The translations under genes and the position numbers were made by a program. Below the pieces are notes generated by a model that worked only from the letters and a program-made list of their open reading frames with translations, was not told the DNA's origin and made no database searches. Shown here piece after piece: positions 51,488 to 64,000 of a stretch of 64,000 nt of DNA. Source of the DNA: Heterodontus francisci (lineage: Eukaryota); NCBI RefSeq assembly GCF_036365525.1, contig NC_090404.1:9920001-9984000 (forward strand), given 5' to 3'. How positions within the stretch are numbered: the first letter of the stretch is position 1; every line of letters starts with the position of its first letter.

Positions 51488-51801
51488 CCAGACAGGGAGT
51501 TTGCTCAAAGCAGCGATCACTAAGAAGGGCAGATGGGCCGTAAAGAAAGAGGATGAAACAAAAATAATTGGGAATTATAATATAGATTTGTAAAAATGTA
51601 TATAATTCTCCCGCTTTATGAATATTGACTGTCACGCTAAGTCAGCACAGATGCTTCAGAAGTATTCCAATCCCTTTTATAAATATAATGAGCTGTAGAA
51701 ACTGAATTATCTCACTGATGTGCTCTTCGGGGAATCGGAATCATGTTTTTGAGAGCCCTGTGCAATTTAATCTCTGTATTTTACAGTTAACAGTCCACCG
51801 C

Positions 51802-51870
51802 AGTATTTGACACGGTGTGGTTCACTGTGATATACTGGGTGGCACAGCAGTTACTGTCTATACAAAAACT
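51802..51870 (+). other. D2 segment (51830-51842) with 12/12 RSS
   Basis: AGTATTTGA-12-CACTGTG-ATATACTGGGTGG-CACAGCA-12-ACAAAAACT. Confidence 0.95.
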
Positions 51871-52197
51871 CCCTCAGCACTAATTGAAGAGTCTGGGTCA
51901 GTGCTCGCTTTTACAATCCAACTGTATATACAGTGATGTACTGTTTGTGTCCAGCACTGTCCTCCTAGCACGGTTTATTATGGATAAACTGATTAATTAT
52001 TCATTCATCAGTTGGTGATTTCAATAATTGCTGATATGTTACTCTGTGAAATATAAAACATCAGGGAAATTTATAAAGAGTGAATAGAACCCATTAACAC
52101 AGTTATAATTTTATGAAGAATCATCATGATTTTATTTTGCCTCTGGGGTGTGGATATTTAAAATAATGAAGGATTTCTCTCTATTCTGTGCAGAGCC

Positions 52198-52236
52198 AGT
52201 TATTGTGTGACCCAGCCCAGGGACTGTAACACAGTG
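52198..52236 (+). other. JH 23-RSS
   Basis: AGTTATTGT-23-CACAGTG. Confidence 0.9.
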
Positions 52237-52284
52237 ACGAACTTGCTAACTGGGGACAAGGGACCATGGTGACGGTGACTGCAG
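52237..52284 (+). CDS. IGHJ: JH segment
   Basis: ELANWGQGTMVTVTA+G|gtaag. Confidence 0.97.
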
Positions 52285-55200
52285 GTAAGAAACATGCACT
52301 TATTCAATAACTATTTTATTTGTGACTTTATTTTTTATTTATGTTTATTTTAATGATACATTCATTCATTGAAATGTAGATTCGGTGGATTCAGTATTGA
52401 GATTTGTTGCAATGTTCTATGTGATTCTGCTGCAAAATGTTTAAAGAATTTAATGGTTTCTTTACAATCGGTGCTGTTGAGGGATTCAGCTACTGATTGA
52501 TGTGATTTGATGTTTATTTGCTGATGAGGCTGTGTGTCTGGGCTACTTTAAATGTCTAACTGTTGTTAAACGTTTTGAAGTTTCTACCATGTTTAATCTC
52601 TGTGACATCTAGTTGCTGCAGTTTTTCTGATCTAATACAAGCAATATGTGTTTAAATACGTTTGCAATAAAATTGTATGCAGAAAGCTTCATTGGTCAAA
52701 AATAGCCTTACGATATTTTGATTTATTTTTATTTGTGGCAATTAAATTGCCATCTATCAATCTACTGCTCACGAATGCTCATTTGTAATGCAATAAATTT
52801 TGATGTGATTAAGATCGACATGAATAACAAATTTGAAGCTTTGCTCAGATTTATATTAATATAACCTCACTCATTATCATGCAGTGATAACAGACAATAT
52901 TAATGAAATATGCTATGGTATTAATATCAATTTACTAAACATGCACTCTATACTGACAATTCTGCTGCCATGATTTTATATTTCTGGTAATTCAGAGACA
53001 GGCAGGCTGGGTGGATTCTGTATTGAGATTTTTTTACAATGTTGCATTTGATTCTGCTGAAATGTTTGTGGAATTCAGCTGCTGCTCCATGAAACATACT
53101 GAGGTGGGGTTCAGCCCCTCAGTGATGTGAGTTAGTGTTTATCTGCTGAGGAGAATCAGTCTCTATGTTCCAAAGTAAAATTTGTGAAACTGTTTGGCGT
53201 TTCTGCTTTGTTGAAGCTCGGTGACATGGAGCGGCTGCAGGTATTCTGATCAAATAGAAACATTCTACGTGTTTAAAACTGTTTGAAAGACGACTGTAGC
53301 CGGAAAACTGGCAGGTTTCAGAAATGAGAAAAAAAAACATTCAAAGATATTTCAAAACATTTTTTTAAAACTTAAGTGATAATTGCAGATTAAACTATAA
53401 AGCCGTGGTTTGCGACGCTCATTCAGAACGTGAAATGTTATTGCAATTACAAACTACAAAATTAGCAAGTTTGCAGATTGTAGAGTTAAGTTAATGTAAT
53501 TCAAACAATTATAATGCGGCAATATCTCCTCATTTAAACCAAATAGACTTTAATATTAACATCGATTTATTATTCATTAATCGCCTTTCGCAATTCTGGT
53601 GTGCCATGCGCACAATTATCGTGACCAGAAAATTTCATGGGCTGGAGACAATTTTTAATTATGCTTGAAATTATTTCAATAAGAGGGCACTTATTCCAGC
53701 TCTCTGTTCATTTTGATGAGCGCTTTTGAATTAATTGCTATATTCCTGATTAAAACAGATGAATGACAGCTTGTATTTACTAATAACTTAAATAGGAGTT
53801 GGAAATTGCAGTTGGTCAGTGTAATATATCTGTCCAGTTATTACATTCTTTGCGTGCAGCCCAAACCATGTTCTTCCTTCAATGTCAATTGTTGTTGGAT
53901 AGTGAGATAATTATCACTAATCTAATATTAACCATTTTCCCGAGACAAGAAGTCACTGGCAGTCAAAAAATTGTTCATATGGTTTTATTTAAATTGAAGA
54001 AACTTGCAGACTGTGTAAGGCGAGAGGCAGTGAAATAACACCTTGAAATTAAAGCAGATACAATTAATTACAAAGTTTAATGTGAGTTTTTAATTCACTA
54101 ACAACTTCCTGTCACCCATAGCTGTGCTTCACACAGGATAGAATTATAGACAAAGAACAGATTATACCTGAGTTACGCTCAATTCTTATTAAATAATAAA
54201 TTGATCAACAAAATCTCGGCTACATTTGCTCATGAAGTTTCAAATGTCGCAGATGATCTGGAAGAATTAGTCTCGTCCAATTTTACAGTGATCATTTTGG
54301 AGCTTCTTTTAATAAAAAACACAATATATTTAACAACTAATTTACAGGGATTGTGTGAATCACGGGAGTAAAATATAAAAACATTGTCTGATTAAACAGC
54401 GGCAGCACAGTTACTGATCGCAAACTGTCCAAATATTTTTAATTTTTTCTTTATATAGTTAAGATTTAGACAACATTTAAACAGGAGAGTACTGCTTTCA
54501 CAAACAGGCGATGTTACAGCCCATCGACAGTTAGTGAGATGTGACCCCGGCCAGGCTATTTAAAATAGTCCACTCTTAAATCAACCATGTGAAATACTCG
54601 TTGAGAATAGACGGAGTTTCTGATATATCAACACATTCAGATACATGTTTAGAGGTTTGTGGATAGAAAGCAAGGCAGAAGTAGAAATTATTGTTCATTT
54701 TAAATTATTGAACTGTGATTCGACTAAAGTAAGTCATATATTTGTCAATATATCATCTATTAATATGACGTTTATTATTTAATATTGGTGAAGTGTCATA
54801 ATAATTTAATTAAAACCCCAAGGTGCCAGGGAGAAACTGGTCTTGAATTAATATTGACGAATGTTTAAAATACAGTATAAAATCTGCATACATGAATATT
54901 AACCTAGAATATAATAGTGCCAATTCATTAAACATAAATGACATCCCACAACTGAGTAGTATACTTGCCAGGATTCCAATGAGTGCAAAATCTCAAGGGT
55001 CGGAGAGAATTTTGAATTATGTCAAAAAATAATTGAGAGAACAATACATTTCTTACACAGATGTTCTTAGCTCGATAAGGTGTCACCGCAGATTTTAATG
55101 AATTAACTTTGCGTATTGTTTCACTTATTTTTTTGGTAACTTTTAATTCTGAAAGTGTATCAAACCAGTGGGTAACCGGTTTGCAAGGTAAATGTCTCAT

Positions 55201-55789
55201 GCTTTTCTGAATTCTTACTCTGTCACTGATTTCCAGTTACGGACATCAAATTTTCCTTAAGGCAAATTGTTTTGATGCACTGATTTTAAGGGAAACTATA
55301 TCTTACATGTTTTTAAGATTGCAAACAGACAGGGAGAAACAGTTGGCGGTCGAAGGGAGCTTTTGAAATGAATATCATTTTAATTTCAAAGAGTTTATAT
55401 ACTTGGAGTGCTCACAATTTGACAATTGATCAATTAGAATCAAACAGCTTAACTGAAATTGACAGATTGAACAGATCTATCTACTGAAATGGTTGCACCG
55501 TTTGTGTCTGTTCTGTTTCTGTGCGCCTGCTCACTGTGTCGGGCTGAGGAGTTCCCCCAGCTAGTTGTAAACAGTCTGGTTCGCTCTACTGCATTTGAAG
55601 GAGTACAACTTAATCCATTTATTTAAGAAACTTGTACCGTTGAGAAACCTAAAAGTTTGACTTTAAGTTTGATGAGGTGCCTCAGCAATGAGATCAGTAT
55701 TCCAGTCTGTGACAATCAGAAATAACAGTTCAGGGACACGACAGACAGACTGTAGAAGGAGTATTGGTCAGTTTGTCATCAGTAATGTA

Positions 55790-56180
55790 CCTCCTTTGGG
55801 AGTGTTAGATTCGACAATGTAGAGGAAGCGTGACTGCATATTTAATCCATACTGTAACTGTGCTGGGACCGTTTGCATGTGGGAAGTGTGGAGGGAGGAA
55901 TCACTCTGCATCTGTACCGCGGTGAACCTATACTGCATGTATTTGATGGGACAGCATAGAGGGAACTTGATTTTATATTAAACTAGTGCTATACCCGACC
56001 CAGAGTGACAGTGCAGTGTAGAGGTGGCTTTCCACAGACTATAACACTTGCAATGTCTGACCTTACAGCTCATGACAGCACCGTACAAGCGGGTCTTTAC
56101 TCAATAGCTTAACTTTCCTGTACCTGACCTGAGAGTGTTTGCCCCGCAGTCTTCAAGCAACCTTAATCTGCATCTAACTC
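55790..56180 (-). repeat. Diverged ~65-bp minisatellite in J-C intron (family of 6350 and 12250 arrays)
   Basis: gtgtttgatgggacag..tagaggga.c..tactctg.atctaac units. Confidence 0.65.
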
Positions 56181-56869
56181 ATAAGCTGTGAGTTCTCGAC
56201 CCAGAGATATGAAAATAAATTATTCCATTGCCCAGTTGAAACAACGCACATAAATTGATTTGAATATTCGTTCATTGCCATTTTTATAATGAATGAATAA
56301 TAATTAAAATGTTAAATATTAGATAATCATTGAATGAGATTGACCTGATTTTGAGCGCACTTTCAGAACAAACAGTTTCAGGAAGTGGCTGCAACGATCC
56401 AGAGAGCGGCGTCTGTTCTGATCTGATGGGAGGTTGGAAGTTCTTTTGGCGATTTAAGCTGAGAAAATCGAGACTCCCGCTCCCAATAACCATCATGATA
56501 ATCTCATGTTTGAAGCCAGTATTTCGTGCAAGTATTTTCAAAAGGTAACAGGCAGTGATAAACTCTGGTGAGATGCAGTTATTGGACTGGGTCACAGCAG
56601 AAGGCACAAAGCCACTGAAGTAAGCTTTTGTGAAACTTTTGAAGTGATAGAGTTAGTCTGTAATCAACACCAATCACAATAAGCATTAAGTCTCCGACAG
56701 TATCTGATTGACTTATTTGTATTAAATCCCTCAGATCCTCTTATTTTTAAAAATCCCGTTTCATTATAACAAACTATAAAAATATATGTCACAGAAATGT
56801 TCAAATTTATGAAGCCTTTCCTCCCATTAAATTGCGAAGAACTTATTCTACTGAGCCGGGTAGATCAAA

Positions 56870-58900
56870 TAAGCTTAGAGCATGCAATGTGACTATTCGG
56901 CCTGTCATGCCTGTGTTGGCTCTCAAGAGCTCTCCAATTTAATTGTACAAGCCAGCGTTTTCCTCATAACCATGCAAATTCGTCCCATTCGAGGACATGT
57001 CCAGTTGCCTTGTGCACTCCAGATGCGCCTGCAGAGAGCCTGCACGAACACGATGGACCGAATGGCCTTTTTTGGTGCTGTAACCAGTCTATAGTTATAT
57101 GAAAACACTCTCTGTCTGGAAAGAAACCTCCTTCCGCAACCAACACCCGCCCACGTTCCATTTTTTTTTTGCCAATTATTTGTTTGGTTGCTGACCCATT
57201 TGCCAGAGGAAACAGTTTCTCCCTATATGCTATATTAAAACATCCCATAATTTTGAATATACCTATTCGGTAACCATCTAAGGAGAACAATTCGGCTTGT
57301 ATAATCTCTCTGCATAACTGAACTCCCTCATTTCTGATATCATCCTGGTAAACTCCCTCTACACTCCCACCAACAACCTTACTAAAGTGTGATGGCCAGA
57401 AATGTGCAAAAAATACTCCAGCCTAATCAGTGATTTGTAAAACTTTAACATGACTTCCATGTTTTTTTGTATTCGATACTTCATTTTACAGGACCAAGTA
57501 TTCCATTCGCTTTCGTAAGGGCCTTCAAAACATTGTGAATATGCACCTCAGATCCCTGTACTTTTATACCCCTTCAAAATAGTACCATTAATATTACGTT
57601 AACTTTGCATGTTATTCTTCAAGAAGTGCAACACTTCACATTGAACCGAATTAAATTGCATTTGCTATGTCCCTGAACATTTCACCAGTCTGTCGATGTC
57701 ATCCTGAACTCTGTTACTATCCTGCTCATTATTTGCTTTGTCTCATCCTCGAACTTCGAAATTCTACTTCCCATCCCCAAGTCCACGTCATTATATTTAT
57801 GAAAAAAAGAAGCAATGACCATACGACCGACCCAAGGGCGATCACAATACTTTATTGTTTCCAGTAAGAAAAGCATTGGTTCACCATTACTCTATGCTTC
57901 TTTTAAAAAACTATAGAACAGTCGAAAATTAAGGCACAGAAGGAGGCCATTCAGCTCGTCGGGCCTGTGCTGGCTGAAAAAACCAGCCGCCCAATCTAAT
58001 CCCACCTTCCAGCACCTGGTCCATAGCCTTGCCGGTTAGAGCATTTCAGGCACATGTCCAGGTACATTTTAAAAGAATTGAGGGTTTTTTCCTCCACCAC
58101 CGTTCCTGGCAGTGAATTCCAGACACCCACCAGCCCTGGGTGAAAATGTTTTTCCTCATGTTCCCTCTAATCCTTCTACCAATCAGCTTAAATCTGTGTC
58201 CCCTGGTAATTGACCTCTCGGCTATGGGAAACAGGTCCTTCCTGTCTACTCTATCTAGGCTCCTCATAATTTTGCACACCTCAATTAGGTCACCCTTCAG
58301 CATCATCTGTTCGTAGGCAAATAACCCTAGCCTATCCAATCTTTCCTGATAGCTGCAACTTTCGAGCCCTGTCAACATTTTTGTAAATCTCTTCTGTACT
58401 CTCTCCAGAGCAATTCTGTCCTTTCTGTAATGTGGTGACCAGAACTGTGTGCAATACTCCAACTTGGCCTAACCAGCATTTTATACAGTTCCAGCATTAC
58501 ATCCCTGCTTTTGAATTCTATATCTCGGCCAATAAAGGAAAGCACTCATATGCCTTCTTCACCATTCTATCTATCTGTCCTGCCACCTTCAGGGACCTGT
58601 GGACATGCATTCCAAGGTCTCTCACTTCTTCAGTCCCTCTCAATATCCTATCATTTATTGTGTATTCCCTCGCTTTATTTATCCTCCCCAAATGCATTAC
58701 CTCACACATATTTGGATTGGATTCCATTTGCCACTTTTCCGCCCACTCAACCAAACCATTGCTATCATTCTGGAGTCTATGGCTATCCTCTTCACTATTG
58801 ACTACATGGCCAATTTTTGTGTCATTTGCAGATTTCCCAATCATGCCTCCCACATTTAAGTCCAATCATTAATATATCCCACAAATAGCAAGAGACCTAT
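56870..58900 (-). mobile_element. Two adjacent or nested CR1 fragments in the J-C intron (56870-57900; 57910-58900)
   Basis: EYCTQFWSPHYRKD, WAEKWQMESN, CR1 tails. Confidence 0.88.
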
Positions 58901-59639
58901 ACCTTAGCAGGTTACCGCCATCCCTTTAATCCATGCGCTTCTATTTTCTGAACGTTCTCTTATGTGTTCTATTCTCTAATGTCATTTTAAAGCCCATATG
59001 TCCAATCTTTGCGCCACCAACATCGACAATTTCTCGGTGACCGAGCTTTCAATATCTAACCAATAAGCCTCAGGTGTTTGAATTGCTCACATAAGCCAGA
59101 AGTGAGAGTTGACCATGTCAGCAATAACATTGCAGGAACTTTTGTTCTTCCTTGCATGGAGCCTACTGATATTCACTCGATGTCTAATGTGTAAGTGGTG
59201 GCAATATCGGATATTTATAGCGGAAACCTGTCCTGATGTGCACATTATGGTCGGTGCAAGAAGCAACAACAGCGACTCTAACACAATCAGCAAAACCAGT
59301 TCTCACTGGTGAGAGGTGGAAAGATACTTTGGAAAATTAAATGGACCATTTAAAGAACATTGTTCCAGATGTCCGATTTAGGAATCAAATTTAATTCGGA
59401 TTATTAAGTTATTTGGAGGGAGAAGCAAACTCGGGAGAGATCCATTCAGTAGAATAATATAGAACACAAATCACAATCCTCTCGCACTGAGAAGGAAAGT
59501 GATAGCCAAGAATCAATTCCGAGTCATCTAAAATTTTAATTCCAGAAACTCGGTTGTGTAAAAATTCTCCTTTGAAATCTGTGCACTAAATAATTCAGCC
59601 CATAATTTAAAGAAGAATTCAACTATTTATTGGAAAAGT

Positions 59640-60010
59640 TCTTTATTGTCATGGGGACATAGAAGATTAAAATGAAGTCTGGTAGAGGTGTTTTGAAGAA
59701 TGAATGGTTTTATACTGAAATTCCAAAACCAATTTGCCCAGATCAGTGTACTGGGCTGCAGAGGGCACTGATTTAAAATGAGCGTCAAAAGAATGAAGAA
59801 AGAGGGTATGAATCTACTTTTCTACACAGGGGGTTGCTAGGATCTGGGATGTCCGATCAGAAAGAGGGCTGTAAACAGAATCAAAAATAGCTGGATAAAA
59901 TGGAACTTTTGAAAAGAAGATTTGGAATTGGAAGGTCAGCGGGATCGCTGGAGTGATCTTTCACAGGCTTGATGGACCGAATGGCCTCCTTCTCTGCAAT
60001 CATTTTTATT
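59640..60010 (+). mobile_element. Old CR1 3' fragment
   Basis: Tail gatggaccgaatggcctccttct. Confidence 0.6.
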
Positions 60011-60642
60011 ATTTTATAATCCTGGATCATTAACATGCCAGGATTTGTTGTTGATTTTTATGGGAAAATAATGGAATTACTGTGCCTGGTGGTCAAGTTT
60101 TGAATTTTAAGATCATTTTATTGGCACGCATTGTGATGGCACGTGTTAAGAGTCGTCGCTATTTGAGGCAGGGGGTGCGGGGTGGGGGTGGGGGTGGGGG
60201 TGGGGGGGGGTAGGGGTTGGAGGGGTGGGAGAACCCAGCAGTATATTTGCAGAAAGCAAATTTCCAAAAACTGCAATTAATAAATGCTGAGTGTTTTATT
60301 TTTTGACAAAGTGCTGTTGGTTTAGAAATAAATACTGGCCGATAAAGCAGGGCAACACCTCTTCCAGTTTAATCCAATGAAAGGTACTTTATTGAGATGA
60401 CTTCAAAATGCTCTTACTTTTGTAATGTGACAGCCCCTGTCAGACAGGTGTGTTCCTGACCAGGAGACCGACAGGTGATGATCACCAAATGATGGAACTG
60501 ATAGAAGCTCAAATGGGGATGAAGGTTTTAATCGAAAAATAGTGGAATCAGTTTCTAGCTAGAGTCAAATTCCCAGTTGTCTGGTTACTTAATAATCATG
60601 AATCACAGAGTCTAACTTGTTCAATCTGCCATTCTTTCGCAG

Positions 60643-60939
60643 CGACACCGTCTCCCGCAATACTTTACGGCCTGTGCTCCTGTGAACAAACCAACACCGA
60701 CGGCTCCTTGGCCTACGGCTGTTTGGCGATGGACTACAGCCCCGAAATCACCAGCATTACCTGGAAGAAAGATAAAGAGCCGATCACCACTGGATTGAAG
60801 ATTTACCCGTCAGTGCTGAACAAGAAGGGAACCTACACCCGGAGCAGCCAGCTAACCATCACCGAGTCAGAGGTGGGAAGCAGCAAAATCTACTGCGAGG
60901 TTCGACGCGGAGAGTCGCTTTGGATCAAGGAAATTCTAG
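60643..60939 (+). CDS. IGHM: IgM CH1 exon, cluster 2
   Basis: cgcag|CG..CTAG|gttag, 297 nt. [50 protein letters not shown]. Confidence 0.97.
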
Positions 60940-61142
60940 GTTAGTGTTGTGGAAACTGTGAAAAACAGAAAAGCGTGAATAGAGCTTTTGCTATATCACA
61001 TTTAGAGCATTGTGCAAAGTTGTGATCCCTGGAAACCCCAGTTAGTGTCTACTTGACAGCAAAGAACCTGTTAAAATATAGGTCCAGTTTTCATCAGTTA
61101 TTAATTTCTTCTAAAAAAATGTCTAATATGTTTTTCTTCAAG

Positions 61143-61460
61143 ATTGCAAAGGTGACATCGTCCCTCCAACGGTTATCCTCACCCAGAGTTCCAGTGAAGA
61201 AATCACAAGCAGCAGATTTGCAACTGTCTTGTGTTCAATCATCGATTTCCATCCAGAGTCAATAACCGTGAGTTGGTTGAAGGATGGGCAACCCATGGAT
61301 TCGGGCTTCGTCACCTCTCCCACCTGTGAGGTGAATGGGAACTTCTCGGCGACCAGTCGGCTGACAGTCCCCGCTGGGGAATGGTTCAGCAACACGGTTT
61401 ATACCTGCCAGGTCGCCCATCAAGAGGTCACCCAAAGCCGAAACATCACCGGATCTCAGG
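61143..61460 (+). CDS. IGHM: IgM CH2 exon, cluster 2
   Basis: caag|AT..CAGG|gtaag, 318 nt. [43 protein letters not shown]. Confidence 0.97.
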
Positions 61461-61799
61461 GTAAGAGACACAAACCGAGGAAGCTTCGGACCATTCTATG
61501 CTCCGATGATAATCTAATTCAACAATTTATTGGAATTAGTACAAAGTACAGATTAATTTTCCAATTCGTCATCATGAGGTTTTTTGGTTCATTCCGCTGT
61601 GAGTGCTGAATTAGGATTGCTCACAGTTCAACATGTCATCACTTCACCAAAGAATGGTTCTTTCTGCTTTGATGTCATTTTGTGAGTGAGGTGGCCTTGA
61701 TCTCAGGTTTATCATGAGTTGGCTGATCCTATTCGGAGCGGCAATTGGTGTCTGGAACCCTTTACTAGTCACACCACCGGATCAAGTGCCAGAAAGAGC

Positions 61800-62340
61800 A
61801 TCTTCCCTATTTCGAAAACTGTGTTGAATTCTGAACTCATGAGCTCAGGAAGAATATATTGGCCTTGGGAGTAGTGCAACACAATTAGACTGGAATGATA
61901 GCGGGGCTAAACGGGTTAAATTAAGAGGACAGGTTTCACAGATGAAACTGCTATCACTTTGAGTATAGTACGTTAAAGCGTGAGCTAGTTGAGGTGTTTA
62001 AGATGTTTATTGGAATTGATGGAGTAGATGGAGGAAAATATTTCCTCTGGTGAGCAGTCCAGAGCAAAGGGGCATAACTTCCAAATTAGACCAAGTTCAT
62101 TCCGGGATGATATCAGGAAATCTATTCACACAGTGGGGAGCGGAAATCTGGAATTATCTCCCTCAACTCTCTCTAGAAGTCGGGCATCAATGAAAAATTT
62201 TCATGTTGAGATTGATGGATTGAAGTTAGACAAGAGTAGAAAGGGTTACATATCGGGAGACGGTATTAAGATACAGATCAGCAATTGTCTAATTGAATGG
62301 CGAAACAAGCTCGAGGGGCTGTTTCTATTACTGCCCTCTG
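61800..62340 (+). mobile_element. Old CR1 fragment in CH2-CH3 intron
   Basis: SRAKGHNFQIR and tail remnants. Confidence 0.65.
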
Positions 62341-63066
62341 GTCAGATCGCCATCTGACTCCAGACTGACACATGAGGAGTTGTCACTCGTGACAGATATC
62401 AGCAAACTGCCTGACACCGTTATTGAAAATTATTCTCCACCACTAAAAGACTCCTTGAAACTGCATTTTCCCGACCTTTCACCCTTCCTCCGCTTGGTTC
62501 CTCCTTAATTTCATCTCCTCAAATGTCGTGACAAAGCGCCAGAAAATTAACTTTGTTTCCTGTTGGACCTAAAATTCAGAATTTCATTTGACACTCGTTT
62601 TGAGCCAGTGTGAATTCTATATAGCTCGTGTCCCTGGGTAACAGAGCCATTATAATCAGCGGAGATGTGATCCGGTGCAAGGATCGATAGATGGGAGGAA
62701 ATGCGAACATACGAATTCGGAGCAGGAGCAGACCACTCGGCCCCTCGAGCTTGCTCCCGCAGGGATTTCGGGAAGAACGTTATTCAGTGTGTAACACAAT
62801 TTCTCCGGCACTTATTCGATTTTTAGGCCGGGTACTTGCTTCATAGCCCATTACAGACTTCGTTGGGTGCAAGTACACCGTATATGTTAAGGCATCTCCC
62901 GGATGCTTTTTCATGTTGTTTTCCTTCCAATAAACAATATTATTTAAAGAACAGCTTGAGGTTGATATCTCGAAATCGATTTATTTTCATATAGACAGTG
63001 AAGGCTAAATATTGGTGTCTGATTCTGAATATGAATCTTTGTTTGACTTTCATTTCTGTTTTACAG

Positions 63067-63375
63067 TTCCTTGCTCAATCGGTGATCCAGTAATTAAACT
63101 ACTGCCACCATCAATAGAACAGGTCTTACTGGAGGCGACGGTGACCTTAACCTGCGTCGTGTCTAATGCTCCTTATGGAGTCAACGTGTCCTGGACACAA
63201 GAAAAGAAGCCTTTGAAATCAGAGATTGCCGTCCAACCCGGAGAGGATTCCGACAGCGTGATCAGCACCGTAAACATCTCGACACAAGCCTGGCTGAGTG
63301 GGGCTGAGTTCTACTGTGTGGTGAGCCATCAGGACCTGCCGACTCCTCTCAGAGCATCTATCCATAAGGAAGAAG
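63067..63375 (+). CDS. IGHM: IgM CH3 exon, cluster 2
   Basis: Same as 207-515 except for 2 nt. Confidence 0.97.
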
Positions 63376-63820
63376 GTGAGCGGTGAGATTGAAGCAATAA
63401 GGGAGAGGTTGTGCTTATTTCCAGTGTTTGTACAAGGGGCAATTCGTCCTATTAAATGGTTGAATGGATTATTCTGATAATTGAATTGTAATTCACTAAT
63501 GGGCCTCTCCAGAACCATAGATGATGCATTTAAGGGGAAGCTAGATAGGTAGATGATGGAGAAAGGAATAGAAGGAGATGAAGTGTGGTGGGAGGAGGTT
63601 CGTGTGCAGCTTAAACACCAGCACAGGCTAATTGGGCCGAAAGGCCTTTTCCTGTGCTGTAAATTCTATGTAATATTCCAGAATAATCCTTTATGTTCTC
63701 AGCGAGAAGGATTGCATCCGCCTCAGCTCAGGGCTGGAAAGCAGGACATGCCCCAAAGGAGAAAGGAAAACCTTTCTGGAATTCTCCAGTTTATTGACAC
63801 TTATTTTAAATTTTCTGCAG

Positions 63821-64000
63821 TTAAAGATCTGCGGGAACCGTTCGTGTCCGTCCTCCTGCCCCCGGCAGAAGATGTCTCCGCTCAGAGGTTCCTCTCCCTC
63901 ACCTGCTTAGTGAGAGGTTTCTCTCCCCGAGAGATCTTCATCAAGTGGACCGTCAATGACAAGTCGGTGAATCCCGGTAACTACAAGAACACCGAGGTGA
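63821..64000 (+). CDS. IGHM: IgM CH4 exon, cluster 2 (truncated by window end)
   Basis: Same as 961-1140 except for 1 nt. Confidence 0.96.

Noticed and set aside
56972-56979. Perfect octamer ATGCAAAT in the J-C intron
   Set aside because: Single site inside a decayed CR1 tail; expected by chance.

Overview
Eukaryotic DNA from a cartilaginous fish. The exons closely match horn shark (Heterodontus)-type IgM heavy chain as I recall it. The window spans two head-to-tail IgM clusters on the + strand with a 62,860-bp period. Cluster 1 contributes its 3' end (CH3, CH4 plus secretory tail, TM1, TM2; 207-5543). Cluster 2 is an apparently intact germline L-VH-D1-D2-JH-CH1-CH2-CH3-CH4 (50508-64000, cut off by the window) with RSS spacers 23 / 12-22 / 12-12 / 23. 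The ~45-kb spacer between them holds a 133-N gap, CR1, L2-like and RTE LINEs, Penelope-like elements carrying hammerhead-ribozyme motifs, SINEs, a Harbinger relic and several minisatellites. The most unexpected item is an antisense TCR Valpha/delta-like pseudogene with leader and degenerate 23-RSS (12759-13359). It looks like two tandem V genes fused by deletion. Repeat boundaries are approximate and family assignments come from motif recognition, not database searches.
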